Below are positions 38,390 to 51,000 of a stretch of DNA of 64,000 bases, piece by piece; the stretch's first letter is position 1; the number at the start of each line of letters is the position of its first letter. The position numbers and the translations under genes were made by a program. Origin of the DNA: Clostridia bacterium (GTDB lineage Bacteria; Bacillota; Clostridia; Oscillospirales; CAG-382); the NCBI GenBank assembly GCA_017429165.1, contig JAFRPL010000019.1:43891-107890 (forward strand). Direction: 5' to 3'. The notes under the pieces were generated by a model. That model worked only from the letters and a program-made list of their open reading frames with translations. It was not told the DNA's origin and made no database searches.

Positions 38390-39241
38390 ATGAACAAAAA
38401 AATCGTACTATTGCTTATAACGGCAGTATTTATCATTGCGACGATCCCGCTTGCTGTTTTCGCCGATGATACGAGGCACGATATGGATGAAGAGATAGCT
38501 GATATCATAGACAGTCGGTTGACAGAATCTGAACGCGTTCTGTTATCTGACGGCTCCAAATACGACGACTCGTTAAAAGACGTAACGTTAGACGGGCTTC
38601 CCATACTCAGAGTCTACCAGCTTCACTGGGAGTATTCCGATAAACCGCTGGATGAACTGATTGCCGCAGTCGGTCAATCAGAGAGCAAACAAAATAACTC
38701 TTTCTACGTTGTTTTCGATGAAAATCCTTTTAAAATATGCGTTTTAAAGAAGGACGACGGATCTGTTTTGATAGGGAAAACGGGAGCATTGTCCGATACG
38801 ACTCCCACGTTTTTCACGGATATAAAAAACTTATCAGCAGAAATGGTCTTTGAAGGCGAAAGCTGCAAAATAGAAAACATATACTGCTTCGATTCGACGA
38901 CGTCGTTTTTTGGCGCATCGGTATATATCAAGACCGACAAAGGCGTGTTCGTTAAATATTATGAATACGAACAGTCACAGGGCGTGATGTTCACCGAAAC
39001 CGAATTCCGCAAGGCGGCGGCGGAGTATTCCGCTTATATTTCATCTTACGAACACAATTACGACGAAAACGGCGAAGGCCTTGCCGGAACGATTTCGTTT
39101 GCCGAATTCCTCAATTCAGGCGTCCACGGTCAAAAGCCGGAAACCGGCAGCAGTCTGACGCCCGTTTATATAGTGCTTTTTATCTGCGCCGCGGCGCTGG
39201 CGTTATTCTATGCAGTATTCAAAATAATCAGGCGCGCGTGA
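38390..39241 (+). CDS. Secreted/cell-wall anchored hypothetical protein
   Basis: Signal peptide ending VFA; C-terminal KPETG, hydrophobic segment and basic tail; RBS GGAGG. Confidence 0.75.
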   Translation: MNKKIVLLLITAVFIIATIPLAVFADDTRHDMDEEIADIIDSRLTESERVLLSDGSKYDDSLKDVTLDGLPILRVYQLHWEYSDKPLDELIAAVGQSESKQNNSFYVVFDENPFKICVLKKDDGSVLIGKTGALSDTTPTFFTDIKNLSAEMVFEGESCKIENIYCFDSTTSFFGASVYIKTDKGVFVKYYEYEQSQGVMFTETEFRKAAAEYSAYISSYEHNYDENGEGLAGTISFAEFLNSGVHGQKPETGSSLTPVYIVLFICAAALALFYAVFKIIRRA

Positions 39242-39315
39242 TAACAAGTATTGAATAAAAGACACGCGGCGGGGCGCATAAAACGCTCCGCCGCATTCTT
39301 TTTTTGTTTTGTTTC

Positions 39316-40644
<1,329 letters not shown>

Positions 40645-40681
40645 TTTTTTACTTCCCTTTTTATTTTGTTGTTTTATATTC

Positions 40682-41878
40682 TCAGTAAAATGACAGCGCC
40701 GAACGCAGAATGCGGAAGAATTCGTCGAAAAACGTCATTTCTTTGTCGCCGGTAAGGGCGCAGACGTCCGCGCGCGCGACGTGTTCGCCGTCTATGTAAT
40801 AATCCACGCTGCCCACCACGTCGCCTTCTTTGACGGGCGCTTTGAGTTCGGGCACCGAATACGACGACGTGAGCGACGCGGCTTTTCCCTTTGAAACGAG
40901 CACCGAAGGCGGCGCGTAATCGACTTTCACAAAGCCGTTGTATCCTCCCGATACGGGGAACGGGCCGAGCTCTTGCTTTTGCGGCACGGTAACCGCGTAG
41001 TTTGCAAAACCGTAATCAAGCAGCTTTTTTGCCGAAGCAAAGCGAATGTCGCTGGTTTCGGCGCCGATTATCACGGCGATGAGCTGCATCCCGTCGCGTT
41101 CGGCGGTGCCGGAAAGGCAGTATTTGGCGAGATCGGTGAAACCGGTCTTCATTCCGTTTGCGCCGCCGTAAAAGCGTATGAGCTTGTTTGTGTTGGCGAG
41201 CCCGAACGATCCGTTGCGCACGGTATCCGTCCAGATAGTGGTGAATTCCAGTATGAATTTATGCTTGAGCAGTTCGCGGGTCATCAGCGCCACGTCGAGC
41301 GCCGAGGAAAAATGCCCTTCCTCGTTTAGCCCGTGGCAGTTTTTGAACACCGTGTTTTGCATGCCAAGCTCTTCAGCGCGGCCGTTCATCATTGCGACGA
41401 ACGATTCCTCACTGCCCGCCAGATGTTCGGCGAACGCCACCGCGGCGTCGTTTGCCGAAACGACCACGAGCGCCTTGAGAAGGTCGCGCACCGAAAAGCG
41501 CTCGCCGGCTTCGAGATATATCTGGCTCCCGCCCATCTTCGCAGCCGCTTCGCCGGCGGTGACGGTATCGTCAAGCCCCAGCCGCCCTTCGTCGACCGCT
41601 TCGGCTATGAGCAGAGTGGTCATTATCTTGGTGACCGAGGCGATGGGATACCGCGCGTTTTCGTTTTGCGCGTAGAGCACCGCGCCGGTGGAATATTCCA
41701 TGAGCAGCGCGGCGCGGACCGGAAGCGGTCCGGCGAACGACGGCGCCGTGACGTACCAGTACGGTTCGGTCGCCTGCGAGGGCGGAAAAACCGCGGTTTC
41801 GTCTTCGGCAAAAGCCGAAAGCGGCAGTATCAGCGCGACCGCGGCGATAAGGCAAACGGTCTTGATCAAGCGTTTCAT
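40682..41878 (-). CDS. D-alanyl-D-alanine carboxypeptidase (S11, DacF-like)
   Basis: ASVTK, SAN and KTG motifs. Confidence 0.93.
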   Translation of the reverse strand: MKRLIKTVCLIAAVALILPLSAFAEDETAVFPPSQATEPYWYVTAPSFAGPLPVRAALLMEYSTGAVLYAQNENARYPIASVTKIMTTLLIAEAVDEGRLGLDDTVTAGEAAAKMGGSQIYLEAGERFSVRDLLKALVVVSANDAAVAFAEHLAGSEESFVAMMNGRAEELGMQNTVFKNCHGLNEEGHFSSALDVALMTRELLKHKFILEFTTIWTDTVRNGSFGLANTNKLIRFYGGANGMKTGFTDLAKYCLSGTAERDGMQLIAVIIGAETSDIRFASAKKLLDYGFANYAVTVPQKQELGPFPVSGGYNGFVKVDYAPPSVLVSKGKAASLTSSYSVPELKAPVKEGDVVGSVDYYIDGEHVARADVCALTGDKEMTFFDEFFRILRSALSFY

Positions 41879-41933
41879 ATATCATCTTCCCTTCTTAATG
41901 GAAGATTATGAAACGCCCGCGCGGAATATGTGC

Positions 41934-42980
41934 TTAAAACCCCGCCATGCGCGCGTAACGCGCGAGGATATCGTTTATGGAATACTTTTCGGGCCCGTTG
42001 TAGAACGAATACACGGTGTCGCCGAACGGTTCGTACCATTTTTTGTCTAGCGCGGACATGCCGTACGCCGCGCCGGCGAGCGAACCCGCGGTGGCGGCGG
42101 TGCAGTCGCAGTCGTGCGCCATTGCCACGCAGTTCGAAATGACTTTGCCCACGTCTTTTCCGCCCAGCGCCAGGCCGAAGATCGTGAGGCAGGCGTTATT
42201 TATAGTGTGGACGATATGCATCCCGGGGTAGCGCTCGTCGACAAGACGTTCGGCGTTTTTGTAATCGCCGGCATTATCCCAGATATCGAGCGCCCAGCGC
42301 ACGCCTTTGGCAAGTTCGCTTTCCGCCGGAATGAATTCCAGCCCTTTTTCGAGCGCGGTCTTCACGTCCGAGCATACGAACGCCCACGATATGGCGGCGG
42401 CGAAGAAGCGCGCGCCGTAGACGCCGTTTCCGCGGTGCGAGATGTACGCGTCGGTCTCGGCCATCTTTACGGCTTTTTCGGGATCGCCCGGCGCCATATA
42501 GGCGTAGCCGTCGCAGCGGATGTCGGCGCCTATGAATTCCTGATACGGATTGTTTATTTCCGCCGCTTTTTCGGCGGGGACGCCGGCGAGCATATTGTCT
42601 ATGGCTATGCGCTCGGCGGTGTAAGCTTCGGTTATGTATTTGAGCCAGGCGTTCTTTACGTCTTCGAGCGTGAAATCCCTGCCGCCGCCCTCTTCGGCTA
42701 TGAACAGCGAAAGCAGAGTGAAGCCGATATCGTCGTCGCACGGGACGCCGTTGATGAACGGCTTGGTGTAATCGCGGAAATGCTGGCGTATATAGCGCAC
42801 GGTGTCGGGTATGGGCGTATCAGCCCAGTAATCTACGCACGGGAACGGCGTGCCCAGCTTCGCCGCATATTCTTCCATTTGCGCGGTCGTCCACCCTTCA
42901 ACGGGGGCGCCCAGCGTGCATCCCGCCGCGCGCGAAAGGAACGCGGCGCGCAGTTTGTCCTCGTATACCGATCTTTCCAT
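41934..42980 (-). CDS. ADP-ribosylglycohydrolase family protein
   Basis: GCTLGAPVEGW, DDD, YTAE and D.DCTAATAGS. Confidence 0.88.
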   Translation of the reverse strand: MERSVYEDKLRAAFLSRAAGCTLGAPVEGWTTAQMEEYAAKLGTPFPCVDYWADTPIPDTVRYIRQHFRDYTKPFINGVPCDDDIGFTLLSLFIAEEGGGRDFTLEDVKNAWLKYITEAYTAERIAIDNMLAGVPAEKAAEINNPYQEFIGADIRCDGYAYMAPGDPEKAVKMAETDAYISHRGNGVYGARFFAAAISWAFVCSDVKTALEKGLEFIPAESELAKGVRWALDIWDNAGDYKNAERLVDERYPGMHIVHTINNACLTIFGLALGGKDVGKVISNCVAMAHDCDCTAATAGSLAGAAYGMSALDKKWYEPFGDTVYSFYNGPEKYSINDILARYARMAGF

Positions 42981-43098
42981 TTGACACGTACCTCACTTTA
43001 TTTCTGTTTTCGCGAATAATTTTAACAAAAAAATAACGTTAAAGTTATATACAAATTATTAACTTTTTGATAATATATTTGCGTGGGAGAACCGGATA

Positions 43099-44112
43099 AT
43101 GGAAAGTTACATAGACAAACTGAAAAACTGCGGCAAAAACGTGTGCGTTTACGGAATGGGCAACGGCGCCGAAAAGATAATAAGGTATCTCAAAGCGAAC
43201 GGCATAGAAATAAGCGGCGTGTTCGCTTCCGATGATTTTGTGCGCGGGCAGAGCTTTCTGGGGATGCGCGTGCTCACCGAAGCGCAGGCAGAGGCGCTGT
43301 ACGGCGACTTTGCGTGCGTGAGCGCGTTCGCGCTCCACGGCGAAGACTGCGGCATATTCCGCCGTATGGCGAAAAGGCGCCTTTTCTTTGCGCCAAATCT
43401 TCCGCCTTACGGCGAAGGCTGCATAGACTTGCCGTACATTGAGCGCGAAAGCGCGAAAATCGCCGAAGTGAGGTCGCTTTTCGCCGACGAAAGCTCGAAA
43501 AAGCTGTTCGATTCCCTGCTCAGATACGACGTGACGGCGGATATCGGCGATCTTTACGTCGATCCTTCAGTCCCCGAAGGCTGGTTCGGCCGCGAAGGCG
43601 CGTTCGTGGACGTGGGCGCCTACGACGGGGACACCGCCGAAGAATATATACTGCGTTCCGGCGCGAACGGTACGGTCTACGCCTTTGAACCCGACGCCGT
43701 GAACTACAGAAAGCTGTGCGCCCGTATGCGCAAATACCCAAACGCGCGCTGCGTAAACGCCGCGTGCGGCGATTTTGACGGAAAGACGTTTTTTGAAAAA
43801 GGCAAGGGCCGCGGCGGAAAAACGAGCCGCGAAGGCGCGGAGATCAGCGCCGTAAAAATAGACACGTACGTAAAAGAGCGGGTGGGCGCCGTAAAGATCG
43901 ACGCCGAAGGCGCCGACGAAGCCGTGCTGTGCGGCGCCGTGAACACCTTATATTCGCATTCGCCGGCGGTGAAATGCGCGGTATATCACCGCGCGTACGA
44001 CCTCACGGAAATACCGCTGTGGCTGGCGCGGCAAATGCCGGGGAGCAGGATATACCTGCGCAACGCGGAATATATACCCGCGTTCGACGTTTTTGCGTAC
44101 GCGTTGAAATAA
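43099..44112 (+). CDS. FkbM family methyltransferase
   Basis: FVDVGAYDGDT, AFEPD and KIDAEG. Confidence 0.88.
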   Translation: MESYIDKLKNCGKNVCVYGMGNGAEKIIRYLKANGIEISGVFASDDFVRGQSFLGMRVLTEAQAEALYGDFACVSAFALHGEDCGIFRRMAKRRLFFAPNLPPYGEGCIDLPYIERESAKIAEVRSLFADESSKKLFDSLLRYDVTADIGDLYVDPSVPEGWFGREGAFVDVGAYDGDTAEEYILRSGANGTVYAFEPDAVNYRKLCARMRKYPNARCVNAACGDFDGKTFFEKGKGRGGKTSREGAEISAVKIDTYVKERVGAVKIDAEGADEAVLCGAVNTLYSHSPAVKCAVYHRAYDLTEIPLWLARQMPGSRIYLRNAEYIPAFDVFAYALK

Positions 44113-44176
44113 AGGTTGATTTTCTATGCCGCTTGCGGTATAATCATTTTATTGAGAGGGACGGAGGAGAAGCGGT

Positions 44177-45961
44177 ATGACAGGACGCAAAAGATTTATA
44201 GCGCTGGCGCTTGCGGCGCTTATATTCGCGTGCACGCCGCACGTTCCGGCCCGCGCGGAGGAGGAAACGCCTATGGACGTTGAATTCACACTGAACGTGA
44301 GCAGATGGGAAAAAGTGCCCAAAAGCGGCGAGATCTCGCTCTTTGAAAACGATTCCGACGAAATAAGGCGCGTTATGACCGCCGATTACGATTTCACCAC
44401 GTCGCAGCTCATGGTCTTCAACGGCGAAGGGATAATGACCGAGGTGGGCGAAAACCTTTACGGCAACAAGGACGGCACCTACGGTTCGCCGCAGACCGAA
44501 GTCGATATCCCGCCCCACGGGTTCATGATCGTGTACCGCGGGGGCGTTTCGGTAAAGCTTCTGCTGGCGTTCGGCTTCGCCTTCGAAGGCGCAATGCTGT
44601 ACAATTCCACCATGACGGTCGTCCGCCGAATATACGGTTCCTACGACAAAGAAGCCGGCACCGTAACGATAAAATACAACAAACAGCAGCCCGAAAGCGA
44701 AAACTGCAAGTCGTTCCTCTTTGTGGGCAACAGCACCACCTATTTCAACGGCATACCGCTCAAGTTCCGCGCGATGTGCGCCGCGGCGGGGATAGAAGTT
44801 TCGGTGACATACTGCACTTTCGGCAGCGCTTATCTTTACGAATTCGCCGACGAAAACCACGAACGCGGCAAGGCGCTGCGCAAAGCGCTCGCCGCGCGCA
44901 AATACGACTATGTGGTGCTGCAGGACGCCGGCGGCGCGAACTTTGAAGATTCCCGGCCGGCGATGGACGTGCTGGTACCGCTGATATGCGAGACCGGCGC
45001 CGAACCGCTCCTGTATATGCGCTATTCTTCCACCAGCGACGACAGCGCGCGCACCGCGGGCGCCGTGCGCCATTATCAGAACTACATACGGCTTGCAAAG
45101 CTGTACGGACTGCGCTGGTCGCCCGTGGCGGTGGCTTTTGAATACTGCCGCACCGGGCACCGCGAAATAAATCTTTACGCCGCCGACAATTCACACCATT
45201 CAAAAGAAGGCAGTTATCTCGCCGCGGCGACTCTGATGTATTCGTTCTTCGGCGTTTCGCCGGTCGGCAACTCCTACACGGCGTATATGCCGCAGGAGAC
45301 CGTCGACGTGCTGCAGGCCGAAGCCGCCAGGGCGGTGGAGACGGATTTCACGGCGGGACGCATCGCCCCCGCCGAAGTGACGATAAAAGGCAAAAAATAC
45401 GTCAACGAGGCCTACGAAAAACCGTATACCGTGACTTCCGCGCCGTATTCCCGAGGCAAAGTTTTCGAACTCTTTTCGGATATCCGCGCCGACGGCTCGT
45501 ACGCCGGCAAGTTTACCGACGGTATGAAAACGGCGACCGGGGATGACGTCATGTGCGGCGTTTACAAAAGCGAAGACCTGACCGTGACGGTCGACCTCGG
45601 CAAACTGTATCTGCTCGCGCGCGTGAGCACCGATATCGTCGGCGGCCCGTGGGCGCCGGGTTCGTTGCGCGACGCCGAGGTGACGTTCGAATATTCCGCC
45701 GACGGCGTACATTTCCGCCCCGCATCCGAAACGGTCAGGACTTCCGTGGTAAAAGTAGGCAGCAGCGGCAGCGATCTGCGCACTTTCCGCGCGGAACCCG
45801 AACTGCCCGAAGCGGCGCGCTACGTGCGCGCGACGTATTCGGTGCAGAGCGAATACTGCGGTATAAGCGAGATCGAGGCGTTCGGAACGGACGCCGATCC
45901 CCTGCTCACGGCGGCCTCGGGCGCAGCCGCGGCGGCGAAAAAAGCGCTGGGCGGCAAATAA
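44177..45961 (+). CDS. Secreted SGNH-like hydrolase with discoidin-like domain
   Basis: Signal peptide; FVGNS, YDYVVLQD and DNSH; FTDG...VDLG. Confidence 0.7.
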   Translation: MTGRKRFIALALAALIFACTPHVPARAEEETPMDVEFTLNVSRWEKVPKSGEISLFENDSDEIRRVMTADYDFTTSQLMVFNGEGIMTEVGENLYGNKDGTYGSPQTEVDIPPHGFMIVYRGGVSVKLLLAFGFAFEGAMLYNSTMTVVRRIYGSYDKEAGTVTIKYNKQQPESENCKSFLFVGNSTTYFNGIPLKFRAMCAAAGIEVSVTYCTFGSAYLYEFADENHERGKALRKALAARKYDYVVLQDAGGANFEDSRPAMDVLVPLICETGAEPLLYMRYSSTSDDSARTAGAVRHYQNYIRLAKLYGLRWSPVAVAFEYCRTGHREINLYAADNSHHSKEGSYLAAATLMYSFFGVSPVGNSYTAYMPQETVDVLQAEAARAVETDFTAGRIAPAEVTIKGKKYVNEAYEKPYTVTSAPYSRGKVFELFSDIRADGSYAGKFTDGMKTATGDDVMCGVYKSEDLTVTVDLGKLYLLARVSTDIVGGPWAPGSLRDAEVTFEYSADGVHFRPASETVRTSVVKVGSSGSDLRTFRAEPELPEAARYVRATYSVQSEYCGISEIEAFGTDADPLLTAASGAAAAAKKALGGK

Positions 45962-45987
45962 ATTCATCTACGGAGGAGACAGACGCA

Positions 45988-47280
45988 ATGATCTGTTCAT
46001 TAATTGCGGAAAAGATAAAAAGCGGCGCGTTCGACCGCGCTTTGACAGAACTTTACGGCGAAGGGCGGCTCGAATATCAGCGCGAGCGCTATTATACGAT
46101 GGCACAGAGCTTTATCGCCACTTACGGCGACAGGGACGTCGAACTGTTTTCGGTCCCGGGAAGGACCGAGATATGCGGCAACCACACCGACCACAACAAC
46201 GGCAAGGTGATCTGCGGCTCGGTCGACATAGACATAATATCCGTCGCCGCGAAGACCGACAACGGCGTTATATCACTCAAAAGCGACGGTTACCGCGAAA
46301 GCGTCATAGACATAGCTTCCATAAGCGCCGGCTCAGTCAAGCCCGGGTGTTCCGCGGCGCTTATCGCCGGAGTCGCCGACTGGTTTATGAAGAATTCGCA
46401 CAAGGCGGGCGGTTTCTGCGCCTACACCAAGAGCGACGTAATAATGGGCAGCGGCATTTCGTCTTCCGCCGCGTTCGAAGTCATGGCGGGCGAGATACTC
46501 AACGTGTTCTACAACAACGGCGGTATGAGCGCCATGGAGCTCGCAAAAGCCGGACAGTACGCCGAAAACGTGTTTTTCGGCAAACCCTGCGGCCTTATGG
46601 ACCAGGCGGCTTGCGCCTCGGGCGGTATCTCTTACATAGATTTCGCCGATCCTTCCGTACCTTATACCGAAAAACTCACCTTCGATTCCGCGCGCGCGGG
46701 CAAATCGCTCTGTCTCATAAACACCGGCGGCAGCCACGCCAAGCTGACCGATCAGTACGCGTCGCTCCCCGCCGAGATGAAGCAGGTGGCTTCGTATTTC
46801 GGCAAGCCGGTGCTCAGGATGGTGCGCCGCGAGGATGTGTTTGCCTCGATCCCCGCGCTGCGCGAAGCGTACGGCGACCGCGCGGTGCTGAGGGCGATAC
46901 ATTATTTTGAAGAAAACGACCGCGTTGAAAAACAGCGCGCCGCGATAAAACGCGGCGACTACGACGAATTTTTCCGCCTGCTGCAGAGTTCGGGCGATTC
47001 GTCGTTCAAATTCCTGCAGAACGTGTTCTGCGCGGAAAACGCCGCCGATCAGGGACTTTCGGTAGCGCTGGCGCTGTGCGCCTGCAGCGGCGTCACCGCG
47101 CGCGTCCACGGCGGCGGATTCGCCGGGACGGTGCAGGCGTGGCCGGAACCCTGCCGCGCCGAAAAGCTGAAACGCGATATGGAAAGCGTCTTCGGCAAAG
47201 GATGCTGTATGTTCCTGAACATACGTCCCTACGGCGCCGTGTGCGTAACGCGCGAATTTGCCGGCGGAGCGCGCGCGTGA
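45988..47280 (+). CDS. galK: Galactokinase family GHMP kinase
   Basis: PGRTEICGNHTDH, GSGISSSAA, CGLMDQ and RVHGGGFAG; RBS GGAGG. Confidence 0.88.
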   Translation: MICSLIAEKIKSGAFDRALTELYGEGRLEYQRERYYTMAQSFIATYGDRDVELFSVPGRTEICGNHTDHNNGKVICGSVDIDIISVAAKTDNGVISLKSDGYRESVIDIASISAGSVKPGCSAALIAGVADWFMKNSHKAGGFCAYTKSDVIMGSGISSSAAFEVMAGEILNVFYNNGGMSAMELAKAGQYAENVFFGKPCGLMDQAACASGGISYIDFADPSVPYTEKLTFDSARAGKSLCLINTGGSHAKLTDQYASLPAEMKQVASYFGKPVLRMVRREDVFASIPALREAYGDRAVLRAIHYFEENDRVEKQRAAIKRGDYDEFFRLLQSSGDSSFKFLQNVFCAENAADQGLSVALALCACSGVTARVHGGGFAGTVQAWPEPCRAEKLKRDMESVFGKGCCMFLNIRPYGAVCVTREFAGGARA

Positions 47281-48083
47281 TGGACGAAAAGCGGGTATAT
47301 ACCCTGTTTTCGTCTTCGGACGGGAACTGCGTGTATTTTGCAAACGGAAAAAACGAATATCTCATAGACTGCGGCGTTTCGGCGCGCTCGTGCGAAAACG
47401 CGCTGAATTCGCTGGGCAGTTCGCTTACGAACATAAAGGCAGTGTTCGTGACTCACGAACACGCCGACCACATCCGCGGGCTCGAGATGATATGCAAGCA
47501 TTTCGAGCTGCCGGTATACGCGCCCGCAGCTTCCTTTGGCGGCATAGCGGCGTGCGCGCCCCACGCGGTGCGGTTTCTGGCGCCGCTCGAACCCGAAACG
47601 GCAGTGATCCTTGAAGGCGCGGAAGTGACTCCGTTCGCCACTCCGCACGATTCGGCGGCGAGCTGCGGCTTCCGCGTGGATATGGACGGCGTGTCTTTCG
47701 GCATAGCCACCGATATGGGCTACGTGACGAAAAACACCGCCCGCGCGCTTTGCGGCTGCGGGGCGGTGATAATAGAATCGAATCACGATATAGAAATGCT
47801 TAAAAACGGCGATTATCCTCAGAACGTCAAGCAGCGGATCTTAGGCAACCACGGTCATCTTTCCAACGACGCCTGCGCGGCGTTCGTGCCGTATCTCGCG
47901 CAGACCGGGACAAGTTCGCTGGTGCTGGCGCACCTTTCGCCGCGCAATAACACACCGCGCGCGGCGTTTTCGGCTTCGTACACGGCGCTTGCCGAAAGCG
48001 GCGCAAGCGTTGCCGCCGGATTCGGCGAAGGCGACGTACGGCTCGCCGTTGCGCCCGCCTGCGGGGCATGCAGGGCGCTTTGA
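47280..48083 (+). CDS. MBL-fold metallo-hydrolase (YycJ/WalJ-like)
   Basis: THEHADH, TPHD, ESNHD, GHLSN and AHLS. Confidence 0.9.
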   Translation: MDEKRVYTLFSSSDGNCVYFANGKNEYLIDCGVSARSCENALNSLGSSLTNIKAVFVTHEHADHIRGLEMICKHFELPVYAPAASFGGIAACAPHAVRFLAPLEPETAVILEGAEVTPFATPHDSAASCGFRVDMDGVSFGIATDMGYVTKNTARALCGCGAVIIESNHDIEMLKNGDYPQNVKQRILGNHGHLSNDACAAFVPYLAQTGTSSLVLAHLSPRNNTPRAAFSASYTALAESGASVAAGFGEGDVRLAVAPACGACRAL

Positions 48084-48084
48084 T

Positions 48085-51000
48085 TTATTTCTTGCGTGAG
48101 CGGCGGCGCAGCAATAACACCGTAATAACGCATACCGCGGCGGCAAATGCCGCTATGGCGACGGGCAGCCAGACTGCAGCGCCGCCTTTTTCTTTTTGCG
48201 CTGTTTCCGAAGACTGCGGCTCTTCCGGCGCGGAAGGGGTTTCCTGCGCGGATCCCTCCTCCGCGGGCGCGGAGCTTTCCGCGGTCTCCGAAGGTTCTTC
48301 GGACTGTTCGGGAGCGGCAGACGAGCTTTCTTCCGGCTTTTCGTGCGTGATAACGTTTACCGTGTATTCCGCGGCGTCGCCGGTCTCGGCGGTGCAGACG
48401 AACGTATAGGTTATGCCGTCTTCGCCGTAGACCGTATGCGTTTCGACTGCTGCGTACCTGCTGTTGGCGCGCGCGTTTACCGAAACGGTCACGCCCTGCG
48501 GCGCATAAACCGTGTATTCCCTGATCTCCGGCGAAAACGCGGGTTCCAGTTCGGCGCCGGTCACGGTTATGGCGCCGAGCGTGGGATCGGGATCCGGTTC
48601 GCGCTTATCGCCGTATTCGGCCTTGAACACGTAAACGAGCGTTTCCGCGGGAGTGACGTAGGTAAGCGTCACCTCCGTGCCGCCTTCGTCGGCGAGAGCG
48701 GTCGGCGAAGTGAAGACGAAGCATTCCGCGGGCGCGCTTATTTCGAGCGCAAGCTCCCGTTCGCCGCACGGCACGGTGAGCAAATACGAATACACCGACG
48801 CGTCGAATTCGAGCTCGGCGTTCGCGCACTTTACTTCAAGCTTTGAGCCCGGCGCGCGCACCGGCACCGAAACGGCGGCATCGGCGAGCGAAACGAGTTC
48901 GCCGGCTCGATACGCCGACATCCCTTCCAGCCGCAGTTCCGCGTTCTGCAAGTCTTCGGCTGCGCGCAGATACACGCATATTATATCGCCGTCGGCGCGT
49001 TCGACCGCAGGAGAAATGATTTCGAGTTCGCCGCCCGAACGGCGCGTGTATATCTCGCTCACTTTTTCGGATATGCGGTCGAGCGACAATGAGTTTTTAT
49101 CGAATCTCAAAACCCCGGCGAACGAGCCGCTACCCTGTTGGGAAACGTCTATATAAACGGGGAACACCGCGCCGGGGCTTATGAAATCGGGCGCCCTGAC
49201 CGCGACGCCGTACGAAGGTGCGGGCGACGCGATGCGTTCCGTGAGCGGGAAGATCGCTTTGAGATCGGCGGAAGTGATCCTTCCGTTGCAGTTGACGTCC
49301 AGCGCGGCGGCGATGACGCCGGTCTGCACGCGGCTGCCGCTGAGATGTCTGTAAAGGATATCGACGTCGGCGACCGTGATCTTTCCGTCGCGGTCGGCGT
49401 CGCCGGCGACGGCGATCTTAAGAGTGTCGGTCAATTTGTCGCCGGAACGTTTCTGCAGCGTCATTCCGGTGCGCACCGCGCCGTCTTTTACCGCGTTGCC
49501 GTAAATGTCAGTCACCACCGTGTTTTCGGGATCGATAATGCGAGAAAGCAGTTCTGGGACAGTCGTGCCCGCGGTCACTCCCGTAACTATGCCGCTGCGG
49601 CGGTCCGCGGTATACGAGTTTTCGGCGAATACCAGAGTCTCACGCGCTACGTTTATGCCGCACTGCGCGTAAAGCTCGGTGCCTTCCACGCGCGCGGTTA
49701 TAACGGCGCTGCCGTGTTCCACCGCGGTGACGCGGCCGTTTTCGTCAACGGCGACGGCGGGGGAATCGGAAGAATACAAGATATTGCAAACCGCGTCGGC
49801 GGGCGTGATCCTGGGCGAAAGCAGCACGCTCTGACCGGGGGCGAGTTCTATTGCGGCGGCGGGGAGTTCTATTTTTTGCGCGTTGCGCAGCAGTCGGAAC
49901 GTCACCGTGCGCGATATGCCGAACGGAAACGCCGCGCGCAGTTCGTGCGTGCCGACTATTTCGGTATGCGAATCGTTTTCAACGGCTTCGCCGTCCAGAT
50001 AAAGCCGTCCCATACCGGCGCCGAACGACACCGAATCGTAATAGACGCCGCCGTCGGAAACGCCGTAGATGTTCAACCCGTTTGCGATATCGCCGGTACA
50101 GGACACCGCGGCGAACGTGTTTTCGCCGAAAACAAGCAGTTCGAACGCGGGTGTTATTACGCATTTCACGCCATATACCGGCGAATCCGAAAGGCGTTCG
50201 CCGTCGGATACGCGGTATACGCCGCTTTCGCAAAACGCCGTGCCTCCGCGCGAACAGGACGGGAACTCGCCTATTTCCGAAACGGGATCGAGCGCGGCGC
50301 CGGCAAACACGTCCGCGCCCACGAAAACGTACTCGTCCGAAACGGCGAACGTGCGGCGGAATTCCGCCGACACTTTTCCGTACACCGCGCCGGACGCGGG
50401 ATCATAGACCGAGACCTCGTCGTCGGCGAGCACGCATATCATATCCTTGTACGCGGCTATCTGCCTTACGTTTTCAAAAAGCGTAACTTCGCGCGCTTCG
50501 CCGCCCGAAACCGGCATTTGCAGCAGCGAGCCCTGAACGACGGCGAAGATATCGCCGCCGCAGAGGCAGATATCGCTCACGTTGCCGGGGAATTCCATGT
50601 ATTCCCCGGTGTGCGTGGAGTAAACGTATTTCGCCCTTTCGAACACGACGGCGCACCCTTCGCCGAACGGCGTTATTTTAAACGGCTGATACTTCAGCCA
50701 CGTCACGCTTTTGAGTTCCAGCGACGCGGGGTCGAGTTCATAAAGTCGGTTATCGCCGTTTGCCGCGACGAACACCGTGCCGGTGCCGCCGCAGGCGGCG
50801 TCGCACACGCGCAGACCGGGCGCAAGCTCGGCGCGGAGCGTAAAATCGTCGGCTGAATCCGCCTTTCCGGCGAACGCGCTCGCGGGCTTTGCGGCGCCGA
50901 AGCAGTACGCCGCCGAAGAAAGTATATACGTCCCGCCGGGCGTGACGGCGGCGGTAAAATCATCGCAAACGCAGTAATACGAAACGAGCGACGGGAACGC

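Noticed and set aside
41934-42980. ADP-ribosylglycohydrolase as part of a toxin/defence system
   Set aside because: Stand-alone among housekeeping genes with host-like composition and no ADP-ribosyltransferase neighbour
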